From Mayamaea pseudoterrestris (Eukaryota), in NCBI GenBank assembly GCA_027923505.1, contig BROI01000001.1:1860001-1924000 (forward strand): a stretch of DNA of 64,000 bases, read 5' to 3'. This document shows, one piece after another, positions 10,663-22,838 of this stretch; the stretch's first letter is position 1; each line of letters starts with the position of its first letter. The position numbers and the translations under genes were made by a program. Under the pieces are notes generated by a model, which was given only the letters and a program-made list of their open reading frames with translations, had not been told where the DNA came from and did not search any database.

Positions 10663-11184
10663 GGAAGCTTGCTATGACTTGCCGTCTCATGTCGAGTGAT
10701 GGCGCGGCAAAAGCGGCGCGCCATTTCGGACGTCGAGCACGCGTGTTATTACCACTGTGATGTTTAGTACCGATGCGATTTTGGTCGTGCTTCCCTTTGA
10801 TTTTGGCGATCACGATTTACAGGTTAGAATGATGAAACGGACTGCCTGAACCACTGACAGCGTGGACAGACACAACATAAAACGCCGCTCGTCTGTCTCC
10901 CGAAACGGACGAGCACGCGCTAAGTGGGAGATTGGATCGGACCGTTACGAAGTTGCCGTGATGACTGTCACGACTGATGATGTGGAGTGTGGAAGGAGCA
11001 GCTATTGTTACGACCGCGCTCGCCGCTTTCATTGATCATTCTTCCGTCCTGCTTTACAATATAGCTGATCCCTCAAAAGTGATAGAGAGAGTGTGTAAAG
11101 ATCATTAACCTGTTGAAATCAGAAGACTTTACTAGAAAGAACTTTGCAGCCACGTGCCTGTGTCAGTAGCACCCTCTCGAGCAT

Positions 11185-11288
11185 TCCGGAAGCGATTAAC
11201 GATCGACTTACTCATCACCCATCGCCCAAGAGATCCGGAAGCGATTAACGATCGAACTACAGTACTCATCACCCATCGCCCAAGAGAT
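11185..11288. repeat. Two-unit tandem repeat of about 50 bp
   Basis: tccggaagcgattaacgatcga...tactcatcacccatcgcccaagaga occurs twice. Confidence 0.85.
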
Positions 11289-11315
11289 TCGACACCAAGT
11301 AGAAACGTGTGAACT

Positions 11316-12188
11316 ATGCTTTCCCAAATCCAAGTATTCATTGACAAGTACAAGACGCCCAAAGAACGATACGAGCAAGAACTGACATTGTCATCGCGTA
11401 TCAAGAATATGGCGATTAAGACAAATACCACTGATGAGCAATTTGCACTTGATGAAATGGACGAGCCGGAACGTCAAGCTTGGCTCGGCTATAAGAACAG
11501 CTTTGGACTCCAAAAATTCACCATGCTTAGTGGGCTTGCAGCAGGAGCAGTGACAATGCTAGCTTTGAATTGTGTTAGGCGCAAGCAATTCAATAAAGCG
11601 ATGCTCAAAATGCAGCAACCCCAGCGACGATTTCACGCCGGCAGTAGCGAGCCACTTAGGAGCACAGTTGCTCCGAAGCACGGAAATGCACGCCCTAAAT
11701 CGTTTTTGAATAACCCTCTTGACGTTTCAGTTTCGGTACTTGTTGCATTTGTGACTATGGACTTTATGTGTCGCCATGGATATGATTCCAGAGATCTCAT
11801 ACACATGAGCAAGATCCCATTGTTGGAAGGCAAATCTCATTTCGCTGCTTTAGCTTGCCCAGACGTCGTTTACTTCTACAAGTTTTTACACCAAAAGTAT
11901 CCAGAAGACAGAGACATGTTGGAGCATCCTCAAACAATTCACCTCAAGGCGATGCAGGAGCTTGTCATGAACTGTCAGCGCGGCAAACGACAGGAAGACT
12001 TGCTGCGAAAGTCGCTGAGGTTGGATGCGAAGGAGCTGGTATCGATTCCTCCTCCCGGAGTGACAGTACCTGCATATGAATCACTCTTGTGGATGGATGA
12101 TGATGGATATGACGATGATGAGGCCGATGCTGGATGCCAAGGCAATGGCGCCTTCGATCAGTTATTGCACGAGGATGGGGCGCTTTAA
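11316..12188 (+). CDS. Hypothetical protein with two hydrophobic segments
   Basis: 290-aa ATG-initiated ORF; no family recognised. Confidence 0.7.
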   Translation: MLSQIQVFIDKYKTPKERYEQELTLSSRIKNMAIKTNTTDEQFALDEMDEPERQAWLGYKNSFGLQKFTMLSGLAAGAVTMLALNCVRRKQFNKAMLKMQQPQRRFHAGSSEPLRSTVAPKHGNARPKSFLNNPLDVSVSVLVAFVTMDFMCRHGYDSRDLIHMSKIPLLEGKSHFAALACPDVVYFYKFLHQKYPEDRDMLEHPQTIHLKAMQELVMNCQRGKRQEDLLRKSLRLDAKELVSIPPPGVTVPAYESLLWMDDDGYDDDEADAGCQGNGAFDQLLHEDGAL

Positions 12189-12424
12189 TGGAACCAACTG
12201 TATTGAGGTCGCTGGAGAGGACATGCACTGTGTATTGTTTAATTGGCATAATCACACCATTAAATCCGTATTGGAAATCACTTTATAAAACATTCCACAT
12301 AGTAAGAGATGACAACATCTATCACTATACATCTTGAAGATCAAGATGAAAGCCTTTGTACCCCTTACAGATGAATGCGGCTCAAAAAGACCTGCATGCC
12401 AGCTTTCGTCAGCCTGTCAACTCA

Positions 12425-13267
12425 TCAACTCTGCACCAAATCAAAGTAGTCCAAATGCGACCCACTCTCAAAGTCGTCCTTGGCCAGCAAGTCAACCAAG
12501 ACGCGCGCCGAATCGTTTGGATCCACCAGTTGCTTGTCGTAGTGCGGCTTGAGCGAAGCATCCAAGTGTGGCGCCGCCCGAATCGTTTCGCTCATGTCAG
12601 TCTCCAGTGGGCCTGGCGCGTAGTTGAGCACGCGCAGTGACCATGCGTCGTTATGAGCATTATTGGCGCGACTCGCTGCTGCCGCCTCCTCCTCTTTCGC
12701 CATGCACAAGTGAAATGAATCGCGCGCCGCCTTGGTCGCCGAGTACAGTCCCAGCGACGGAAAGGGTTGCAGTGCGACCAAAGATGATACGTTTACAATA
12801 ATGCATGGCACGTTCCAAACGTCACGCGCCAATTGAGCTATCTTCGTCGACATGAAAAAGCAGCTAGTCACGTTCAAGTCAATGTTGCTTCGCAAGTCTG
12901 ACAGTGACGCATGGTCGATGCATGGCCCAATGTGTCCAAGGCTGCCGTGGTTGTTGATGAATATGACTCTGTCAAAGGGCTTTGTCGCTCCCGAGATACT
13001 GTCCAATACAACGTCAAGTCGACTGTCTAATTGATCCAAGTCGCTCAAGTCAATCGCATGTGTGTGCATTGTCATGTTCGTCTTGTTTCGCATCGTTGAT
13101 TGCAACATGCGACTCGTCGTTGCAAGATCCGACCGTGCCATCAAGACAAAGTGAATCGGATGCCACGCTTCATATTGAGCAAAAGCTTGCGCAATGGCTC
13201 TTCCCAAGCCACGCGAAGCTCCTGTGACAAATAGCAGTAAATGATTGCCTTTGGTAATGCTGCTCAT
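12425..13267 (-). CDS. Short-chain dehydrogenase/reductase, sepiapterin reductase-like
   Basis: VTGASRGLG, NNHGSLG, NVSSL, YSATK, LNYAPGPLETDM. Confidence 0.9.
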   Translation of the reverse strand: MSSITKGNHLLLFVTGASRGLGRAIAQAFAQYEAWHPIHFVLMARSDLATTSRMLQSTMRNKTNMTMHTHAIDLSDLDQLDSRLDVVLDSISGATKPFDRVIFINNHGSLGHIGPCIDHASLSDLRSNIDLNVTSCFFMSTKIAQLARDVWNVPCIIVNVSSLVALQPFPSLGLYSATKAARDSFHLCMAKEEEAAAASRANNAHNDAWSLRVLNYAPGPLETDMSETIRAAPHLDASLKPHYDKQLVDPNDSARVLVDLLAKDDFESGSHLDYFDLVQS

Positions 13268-13439
13268 GGTGGGTGGGTGGGTTTTGTAATCGCGACAAAA
13301 ACGTCCGTTTCTTCTTCCGTCACGTTCTGTCTTAACGGTACTCAACGGAACGAGTCGACGCGAAAGAACAAAACCAAACCACTCAACAAAACCTCTTGCA
13401 TTTGAGATCCTTCATGCATGTTATAGATTCTTACATGGA

Positions 13440-15905
13440 ATGATTCGAGCCAGTTCATTCTGTCGAAGAAGGGTCGAGAAGTCGCATCAAGTTCGTCTCG
13501 TCATTGACGGTTTTGATAGCGACGACGACGATTCGACCGATGCATCATGCTGCTGCTGGGTCGACCATGCGTTTCTGAAACAAACAAATCTTCTTCAAGG
13601 TAGCTTGGTATGGATCAAGTACAAGCAAAGCAAATTTATGGTCAAACTCTTGGTTCGAAAATGCAGCGAGAATAATAGCGCCATGGAGCAAGACGACGAA
13701 ACATCAATTTCACTTGTCAAGCTTTCACCTTTAGCGGCTGCCAATCTTGGCATATATTTGAACGATGCAAGCACTACAAAGCAACTTGCTAGTTTGTCGC
13801 CGTGCCGAGAGAGTCCCGTGGCTGCCGACAATGTGTTTCTACGGCTATACGCACGACCAAACGAGTCGTTGCGGCGGCGGCGGCAAGGCCCCCATGCTCG
13901 CGATGCGACGGCGCCGGTCGGAGACGACGCTAATAATGACGACGACGCTGACAACCCTTGGCCCTTGCCGCTAGCGAATACACTACTGCAGCCAAATGTG
14001 ATCATACGAGTCAAGCGAGAAACGGATGGCGAATCATTTTGGTACCAAGTCTTGAAAATCAACCATGCAGCGAGCAGCAGCAGCTTTAACAACCATTCAT
14101 TGTTTCAATCGAAAGCATCCACAACCTACTCGCTCGAGGCACCGCCCTTTGCGCCGTGCCCACGACTGCCTCCACTGACAAGTCACGCTGCGCCACATCC
14201 AAATTTGAACGAATTGACGAAACGTTTGCAATGCACCCGCGTGTCGCGGCCGGCCGAGTGTTTGCTGCATTTAATGGGAACCAACGACAATCATCACCTC
14301 GACGCACTCGTCGCAGCGGCGGCAACGCAAAGTGGTCGTCGACTCGTCACGCTGCCGCGCGGATGGGCCGCGTACTCGTTTCGTGCGAGTGGCAACTTGG
14401 TGGCAAATGGCGGTTTAATGGACAAGTTGAACGGGCTGCAAGAGGCCTTGGTGCACGCCAAGCGATGCGTTCCGGCATTGTTGCACGTTTGTTTCGACGC
14501 CGTGGAGTTTTCCTCGCACGACGACGAACAGTATTTTGACGAGCAGAGTCGAGTATGGAGCATGCTCATGGAGCAACTGAGTGCTTGCGACTATAGTCAG
14601 TGCAGCAATCACAATGACTACGAGGCATTAGTACCTCCGCTTTTGGTCGTCCTTTCGACTGCGAATCCGCTCAAGCGAGGTCCACTGACGGAGAATTTAG
14701 TGTTTGAGCCAATCCAAGCATCTACGCCGGATAGTGACTACATCAAATATCTGTGGAAGAATGTGCCGAATGTTGAGATGGAACAACTCATGAGCATTTT
14801 GACTGGGCGTCCAGCCTGTGAAATCGAGACGCTACGAGATCAGTTTCTTCAAATAGCTCATACCACCGCTGCCTCAAATTTTCTTAGCGTAATTCAGGAG
14901 CTTGCCAAGGAACTCGACAAGAAGCGTCGCTCTGGTTTGGCACGCATCCCGCAGGTGCAGTGGAGCGACGTGGGAGGACTACAGTCAGTGCGCCGCGAAA
15001 TACTCGACACGATTGAGCTGCCCTTGCAGCATCCTCATTTGTTTTCTGGTCGTCGAAGTGGTATATTACTCTATGGACCACCTGGAAGTGGAAAGACACT
15101 TGTCGCCAAGGCTGTGGCCACCGAATGTAATTTTCCGTTCCTGTCCGTCAAGGGACCAGAGTTGCTGGGCTCTTACGTTGGCGAAAGTGAAGAAAATGTC
15201 CGCACCATTTTCTCTCAAGCCCGGCAGCTGGCCAAAGCAAATCAGATACCGGGATGCGTCTTGTTTTTCGATGAACTGGATAGCTTGGCGCCTCGTCGTG
15301 GTGACCAAGCCAGCGGTGGCGGAAGTGTCATGGATCGAGTCGTGGCGACGCTGTTTGCTGAGCTAGACAGGAATCAAAATGAGGCCGCTGTATACTGTTT
15401 GGGAGCAACGAATCGGCCTGACCTTCTGGATCCTGCTCTGTTACGTCCTGGAAGATTGGATCGATTGGTCTACCTTGGCATGTCGTCGCGTGATGACCAA
15501 ACTAAGATTCTGGCAGCGCAAATGCGAAAGTTAACGCTCGAACGAGATGTTACAGAAATGGCCCAATTAATCACAGATCGCTTACCCGCCAATCTCAGTG
15601 GGGCAGACTTGTCGATGGTTGTCAGCAAAGCGCTCATGCGGGCGACCGAAAGGCTCTGCGACGAAGCTGATCGAGAGGCCGCTCTCGAGCGAAACAAGGG
15701 CGACGAAACCATTTCCGTCGACCAGGTGTTGGCCTCCTGGGATGATGAGCGCTTGACACCTATCGTGACGCTTGATGACCTTCAATGGGCATCGCAGCAC
15801 GTTGTCCCTAGCGTCAGCGAGGTAGAGCTCAAGGGCTACGAGCGATTGCGCGACCAGTTCCAGGTCGAATTATCAGGTTCCACAACTTGTTACGGAAAAT
15901 GCTAA
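13440..15905 (+). CDS. PEX6: Peroxisomal AAA ATPase PEX6-like (full-length copy)
   Basis: IPQVQWSDVGGL, RSGILLYGPPGSGKTLVAKAVATEC, FFDELDSLAPRRG...GGSVMDRVV, LLRPGRLDRLVYLG. Confidence 0.85.
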   Translation: MIRASSFCRRRVEKSHQVRLVIDGFDSDDDDSTDASCCCWVDHAFLKQTNLLQGSLVWIKYKQSKFMVKLLVRKCSENNSAMEQDDETSISLVKLSPLAAANLGIYLNDASTTKQLASLSPCRESPVAADNVFLRLYARPNESLRRRRQGPHARDATAPVGDDANNDDDADNPWPLPLANTLLQPNVIIRVKRETDGESFWYQVLKINHAASSSSFNNHSLFQSKASTTYSLEAPPFAPCPRLPPLTSHAAPHPNLNELTKRLQCTRVSRPAECLLHLMGTNDNHHLDALVAAAATQSGRRLVTLPRGWAAYSFRASGNLVANGGLMDKLNGLQEALVHAKRCVPALLHVCFDAVEFSSHDDEQYFDEQSRVWSMLMEQLSACDYSQCSNHNDYEALVPPLLVVLSTANPLKRGPLTENLVFEPIQASTPDSDYIKYLWKNVPNVEMEQLMSILTGRPACEIETLRDQFLQIAHTTAASNFLSVIQELAKELDKKRRSGLARIPQVQWSDVGGLQSVRREILDTIELPLQHPHLFSGRRSGILLYGPPGSGKTLVAKAVATECNFPFLSVKGPELLGSYVGESEENVRTIFSQARQLAKANQIPGCVLFFDELDSLAPRRGDQASGGGSVMDRVVATLFAELDRNQNEAAVYCLGATNRPDLLDPALLRPGRLDRLVYLGMSSRDDQTKILAAQMRKLTLERDVTEMAQLITDRLPANLSGADLSMVVSKALMRATERLCDEADREAALERNKGDETISVDQVLASWDDERLTPIVTLDDLQWASQHVVPSVSEVELKGYERLRDQFQVELSGSTTCYGKC

Positions 15906-16038
15906 TGGTTCTATTACACCAACGCCCGAATGTTCTACCGCAACAATCACAGCAATGAGATATTTGTTTTCGCAGCAATGCTGTTACAATTACAGTGAGT
16001 AAATACATGTTGTGCACGAGATGCTGGTATGATACATA

Positions 16039-18034
16039 TTGGCGTTTCGCTGCAACATGACATTTCGATCGCTCGGGCAAAATCGAGTGTGACCGCCCAT
16101 CGCCCATCGCCCATCGCCCAAGTCTCCACTTTCGCCTTTTAAAGCTTATAATAGTCCGTTTTTGTTGATTTAAAGCAGTAGATCTATCAAGTAAGTCAAG
16201 CGGGTTCGAATGGTGTGATTAGTTTTGCTCGTCATTGAGTATTGGTCCCGCCGCGGCACGATTTGTGTTTTTGTTGCGTCCTTTTTTCGTCGGCCCCCTC
16301 CAATCCATTCTTGCTATTGCGCCACAAGTCCTTTTTGACGCTGATACCGTGCATACACTTGCTCTATAGTGTAATGGATCGATATGCGAAGTTGGGCCGA
16401 GTTATGATGCGTATTTAAAGTAAAGTAGCCCTTGAACGGCGACCTCACATTTTGTGCAAAACGTTGAGACGACTCACTCGTTTCGTTTGATGGCAATAAG
16501 CACCTTCTCATTCCATTCTCCGCTCTATATTCTTTATACAGACGCAAACGATCTAATTGCCAAAGAGAGCGGAGTTTAAGCAACATTTAAATGACTTCGT
16601 ACCGAATCACCTGCACCAGCAACAAAACGCTGGCCCTTTCAAGATGCCGACACTGTCAACAATCATTTGAATGCTTTGCGCATGACACCATCACTTGGAT
16701 TCCATTCCTTGGTATCCTGGTTGGTTGAGCATGCCATGGAGATGCCCATTTCATCAATTGTGGGCAGGTTTTAGCCATGGCAAGTTGGTGCCTTGCGCCT
16801 TGCGCCATCCTGTCGCTGCAGTTGTACTAGCCGCAAACGTCAGCTACACGCTGCAAGACTGTTTTGACGCTTGTCTTTCACGCTGTATGATGGACTCTAT
16901 GGTGCAGGAAGGACGTCTGCATGCAGTGGTCTACTTGTCACATTGCCACGCTTGCTAAAGCGGCAAATGGCCTGCTGCACTCCTGCTTTCCTTTTAAAGG
17001 AAGCAGGCAAGACAAGAAGACAGCCTGGGATGTATAATTACCTCTTCTTTAATTTGGAAGAGCTTGATTGCTTGCCGGATAGCCCTTCTAGTGCTAGGGT
17101 GAGGCCACATTTAGCCGCAACACCGCAACGGGCATGTCCGTACTAATACACTAACTCAAACTGATACTGCAATCTCTTTTTTACACTTTAATAATGTTGT
17201 TTGTGTTGGCAAATGTACTTCAAGTTGTATTGTTACTCAATGGCGGTTCCCGCGGCGGATTGGTAATGCTCCTGCCATTGCCCAATGGCGGCCTTGATGT
17301 TTTTAGCGTAGAAATGCTCAATAAACACAAACAGCTGTTGCACAGCTGCATCTTCTAATATATTCAACTTGTCCAAGCGGGTGGGCGTGGCATTACTATT
17401 CCTGGCGAGTATCCTCCATCCTCCATTGTAGGGCAGCAGGAGAGAAGCCTGATGGACGCGCAAAAATGGAACGTTTCAGCCTTCAAAAACCATCAATCTT
17501 GCTCAATTGTATGCTTACACATGCCATTTACAAGATTGGTCAAGAATATGACGTGCTCAATAGCTTTGGGAGCGCCAGCTATAGAGCCTTTGTGGAGGTT
17601 CATTCCGTCAGCGTTTTCTGACTTGCATCGGCAACCTTCTTCTGTGACATGCTAACGCGCCATTTAATGGATTCAAGTAAATCTTTTACGCAAAATCGAT
17701 CCTGTATAAAGTGTAGAAGCGATGTGTAAGTGTATACTATAGGAGGAAATAGAATAGCGCTGTAAATTTGAGGCTGTGACTGACGACGAGGAGGAAACGG
17801 ACGCAACAAAAACACAAATCGTGCCGCGGCGGGACCAATACTCAATGACGAGCAAAACTAATCACACCATTCGAACCCGCTTGACTTACTTGATAGAACT
17901 AGTGTTTTAATCAATGAAAAAGACTAAGTATAGGCTTTTAAAGACGAAAGTGAATGCTTGGGCGATGGGTGATGGGCGGTCACATTCGTGAATTTTTCAA
18001 AACGTCGAAATGTCATTTTCTATCGAAACGCCAA
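16039..18034. mobile_element. Non-autonomous DNA transposon with about 245-bp TIRs at a TA site
   Basis: TA|TTGGCGTTTCG...CGAAACGCCAA|TA. The empty site gatacaTAgcaaaattc is present in the paralog near 33085. Confidence 0.9.
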
Positions 18035-18316
18035 TAGCAAAATTCAGAAAGGCAGAAGGCGAATCTTGAACGCATGTGTGTCATTGCCCGAATTGTTGCT
18101 CAGGCCGGATTCTGATCGTATTGCCCTTATATACGCATCCTCATTGTTTGTGTCATCAAGCGCAAAGGAGTGGCCCAAGTACAATCCAGTACTATCTAGC
18201 CTGTTGAAAGTGCCGCACGGCGTTAGTTTTGGCCCATAACAAGCGAATGCTCCGTCAGAGTTACCCCGCGGATCTTCTTGCCGCATTCTCACCTCACAAT
18301 TTCTCAGATTCATCTT

Positions 18317-21300
18317 CGTCGGGTAGCTCCTACAAAGAAATATACCAAGGAGCTGCTGCGGGCTGCGCACGTGGAATTTTTTGCTGTCCTCGCACGAGCC
18401 TGCGCATCCAACAAGGATGCCGACACGACGGGACTCGGACTGGTCCTGTCTCGAGGAATACAAGGCCGCAAAAGAAAGAAAGCATGTCGAGCGCGTGCGT
18501 GTATACTCCGACTTCCCTCTTCTCACCCGTGTTGTATGGGCAATGCACGGAGCGTATGAAGGATCGTGTCAAGTCGCACGCCAAGTTCGAGACGACCTTG
18601 AGGAGGACATGGACGGAATTGTTGCTGGCGATTATCAAGGAGATCTTGCACACGTATGAGGCCGCTGCAAACTTAAGGATCAGTGTGACATTCAAGCTGC
18701 AGTTGTCGGACGTACTTGGAGCGCGAAAGCCTGCAGAAATATACGCAAGCACGGTCACGCTTGGCAGCGTGAAGGCGGTTGGCGTCACGATGCTTAACGA
18801 GATTGTGGCGCTGAACATCGCCAAGGATGAACTAACAAGGCAAAAGATACTCAAGGCCGGCCCGAGTTCCCTCGAGCTTGCGATGCTTCGCGTCAGGCGT
18901 GGCGCAACGGCCATGAATCACGCTGGGTATTGCAAGCACTTGCGCAACTTCGCTACCTCGACGGGCCACGACAAACTTCCCTTGACGATCCCACTTGATG
19001 CATACAACATCATGCAGCGTCGTGAGCATGCGGATGGAGAATATACGTTGCCAACGAACGAGGGCGTGGCGTTTCACACGACTAGTATGCAGCGTGGGCG
19101 TCCAATGTTTGGCCGGGCGGTAAGCAGCGAGTTTGTCGAAGACTGGCTCTGGAGCTGCTATGTTTGCAAGAGCTTTTTTCGAAGGGAGCAAGCGCGGTGA
19201 TGTCAGGATGGAGTGGCGTGCGACTCGGTGAGGCGATAACCGACACTAACTACACCAATGATGACCCTGACTGCTGTTAGGCTAGGGAACTGCAAATCAA
19301 AATTAGACTGACCAAGCCTCCAAGGACTCCACCTGCGCCGTTACTAGCAATCAGTGCCGAACTGTCCCTGTGTATCGAGACGTTACTCTTTGTGCTGACA
19401 TCATGCCTATATCGAACAAGGTCCCCATGTTGGTGACGTTCTTCCCCCAGCATTCGTTTGCTCACGATCGAGGTGATTCAAAACCGTACGCTTCCGGTTA
19501 TGTTGAAGGCAATTGAGTCTGTGTTGAAGATTTACGCGACGCGGTGGGTTACTCGTCTCGTCGCGGCTCTGATGGATGGGGAGTTCGGCTCCAATGCTTG
19601 CGCGTTGGCTGATCTCGGAGTGGCGCTCAATGCGACGTCTGAGGATGAAGCACGTTGGCGAAATGCGAACGTTTTATCCGAATGCGTGAAGGCACGGGTG
19701 CTTGCCGGCTACAACACGCTGCCCCTTACACGTGCCGGCACGATTGGTTGCTCGAAATGACGAAGTCTGCCGTGTTTTTGGTTGAAGCGTTTCGAACGAG
19801 CGTGGCATTTCGAAGGATCTCAGTCCACGCACCATTGTGACTGGTCAGACAGTTGACTTTAATCGGCATTGCAAGTATGAATTTGGTCAGTATGTGCAAA
19901 CGCATGAGTCGCACAGTAATGACATGCAGGCGCGCACGATTGGTGCGCTGGCTCTGCGCCCGACTGGTAATGTGCAGGGTGGGTTTTATTTCCTCAGTTT
20001 GTCTTGGGCAAAGTCCTGAATCGTAAGCACGCTACGCCTTTGCCCATGCCTGATGATGTCATTGAGCGCGTGCATCGTCTCGCTCGTCAACAGAAGGCCA
20101 ATCCGGGTATCGTGTTCATGGACCGCCACCGTGTTGCGGAGGCTGCTGAGCCAGTCATGTGGCACGAAGATGACGCCGAGGATGATGATGACTCTGATTA
20201 GGATGACGACGCTTCTCGCGGTGACGACGACTCTGCCGGCGGAAGCGAAGGAGTGAATGCGACCGATGACGACGACGACGACGACGATGGTGCTGACGGC
20301 GCACCGAAGGAGTGCCGAACGACGAGGATGGTGAGGCCATGACGGCGAACTTGACGACGCGCCAGCCGTGGATGATGGCGAAATTGAAGGAGTGCCCGAT
20401 GAAGGCGAAATTGAAGGAGTGCCAGCTGCTGCAGACGAAGAGGATTTCGATGCGCGCTATGGCCCACGCACTGGTCGGTATGGCCTGCGTGCGCGCAAAC
20501 CTCGCTCGTTCGCTCATTTGTTCACGCTCGACGCTGCAGAGGAAGTGTCGGAGCCACTCGTCACGGCACAGATGAATATGCGACAAGGTTTAAAGGCTTT
20601 TGGCGATGCTGGAGTGGAGGCAGTGCGCAAGGAAATGCAGCAGCTACACGACAGGCACGTCATGAAGGCAGTCCCCCCAATGCACTCTGACTCCGCAGCA
20701 GCGCAAGGACGCTCTGGCGTATTTGATGTTTCTCAAGCGCAAGAGATGCGGGACTGTGAAGGGACGCGGATGCGCGGATGGACGCAAGCAACGAGCATAC
20801 ACTGCAAAGGAAGACGCAGCATCTCCAACGATAGCGACAGAGGCCATCTTTCTGACAGCTATCATTGACGCTATGGAAGGGCGCGAGGTTGCTGTGGTTG
20901 ATGTACCGGGTGCTTTCATGCAAGCGGAAATGGACAAGTAGGTGCACGTTCGTTTCACTGGGAAGATGGTGGAGCTACTGTTGGAAATTGATCGCGAGAT
21001 GTACGAGCCTTGCGTCACAATGGAGAATGGCGAGAAAGTCATGTATGTTGAATTACTCATGGCGCTTTATGGTACGCTTCGAGCAGCGCGACTATTCTGG
21101 GAGAAGTTGTCTGCAAAATTGCTTGAGTGGGGGCTTCGAGAAGAACCCGTACGATCCGTGTGTGTGTAACAAGATTGTCAATGGGAAGCAAATCACCGTG
21201 GGATGGCACGTGGACGATTTGAAGATTTCGCACGTCGACGTGAGCGTAGTGGATGCGTTCATCGAGCAGATGGATGAGGAGTTCGGCAAGGAGACTCCAA

Positions 21301-22737
21301 TGAACAAGTCACGCGGAAAAGTGCACGACTACCTCGGCATGGTATTGGACTATACTAAGCCTGGAGAAGTAGCAATCAACATGGTTGATTATGTGAAGAA
21401 CATCCTTCATCATGCGCCAGACGACATGGATGGAACGGCAGCTACTCCGGCAGCCAGTCACTTGTTTCAGATCTCGGAAAATCCTGTCATGCTGAGCGAA
21501 GCGAAGAAGCAGATTTTTGTGACGATTGTGATGCAGTGTCTGTATCTGAGTCAGCGAGCGCGACCGGATATTCGCACAGCGATTTCTTTCTTGAGCACGA
21601 GGCTGCAGCAGCCCGACGAAGACGACTATAAGAAGGCTGCAAGAGTGATTAAATATTTACCGCGGAAGCGTGGACATGGTGTTGACGCTGAAGGCGGACC
21701 AGTCGGGATAGTCCAGTGGTGGGTGGATGCGTCGTACGCGGTGCACCCAGACATGAAGGGTCACACTGGTGGAACAATGACACTTGGTCAAGGATCAGTG
21801 TACAGTACGTCGGCTAAACAGAAGTTGGTAACAAGAAGCTCGACGGAGAGTGAAGTCGTGGGAGTTCATGATGTGCTACCGCAGTTGCTGTGGACAGGAT
21901 ATTTTCTGAAGGCACAAGGTTTCGGGGGTCAAGGACACGAAATTGTACCAAGACAATATGAGTTCAATGTTGTTGGAAAAGAATGGCAGAAGCTCAAGTA
22001 CAAAGCGCACGCGACACATGAATGTTCGGTACTTCTTTGTGAAGGATCGCGTGGCAGCTGGTGAGGTCAACATCGAGCATTGTCCGACCGGAGACATGGT
22101 CGCGGATTTCTTTACGAAACCATTGCAGGGAGCCCAGTTTGGCAAGCTCCGCAACCTGGTTATGAATCTGGCCTCAAGCAGTAAGTACTACTTGGACCAA
22201 AGGAGTGTGTTGAGCATGGATGAGAACCCAAACCGAAGAGACAGCGGTGACGTCACGAAGACGGTCACGTTTAAGTAAGCGCGGTAAGCGGCAACCGAAG
22301 GAGTGGATCGAGGACGATCACTTCTTGGAGAAAATAAGTAAAGTGGTTTTATTGACTCTGTTCTGCTTAATCATTAGTGTCGCTTCAAGGGCGCGCAAGA
22401 TATATTCTAGATCCAACAAGCTGATCGATTGAGCCAGATGGCGAATCTGCCGGGTGGTTTGCCGGGTCCACGTATTCCGGGCCAGCTGTGGGTAGTGAAA
22501 AGGTTTTTGTTACTTCGGCTCGTTCTTCTTCGTCGTAAAAAACGCCTGTCCTCATACACCACCCAACTCGCTGCCAAGCTCGTTTGTCTCGGTCACGCTG
22601 GCTGCTTGCTTGCTTCGCCCGCCGCCGTCACCAGCCGATACCCCCTTCCGCAATCGTTATCCCTTGCTCGTACACCCGTACCTTCTTACCCTTTAATTCA
22701 GAAAACGCTTATTGCGGTTGAATTAATATGCTCAACA
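18317..22737 (+). mobile_element. 5'-truncated, frameshifted Ty1/Copia (CoDi-like) retrotransposon
   Basis: gag VLYGQCTERMKDRV; integrase FGQYVQTHE..RTIGALALRPTGNVQGG; RT VKGRGCADGRKQR, VDVPGAFMQ, WHVDDLKISH; RNase H VDASYAVH, SSTESE, DMVADFFTKPLQG. Many frameshifts and stops. Confidence 0.93.
22208..22737 (+). repeat. Copia 3' LTR (530 bp)
   Basis: Starts after AGGAGTG; termini TGTTGAGCAT...ATGCTCAACA form a 10-bp inverted repeat. Confidence 0.85.
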
Positions 22738-22838
22738 AAACGATGATGATACTACAGTGGTATTCGTGTATTTATTACCAAGTCAAAACGAACAAAACTA
22801 AAAGTTTTTAAAACCAAAATCGTACTGAGTAACTATTT

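Noticed and set aside
16195..16215. tRNA or SINE suggested by GGTTCGAAT in the TIR
   Set aside because: No T-stem, acceptor stem or A-box around it.
16290..17790. Short ORFs inside the long-TIR element as a transposase
   Set aside because: No DDE or HTH motif recognised, and the frames I translated by hand contain frequent stops.
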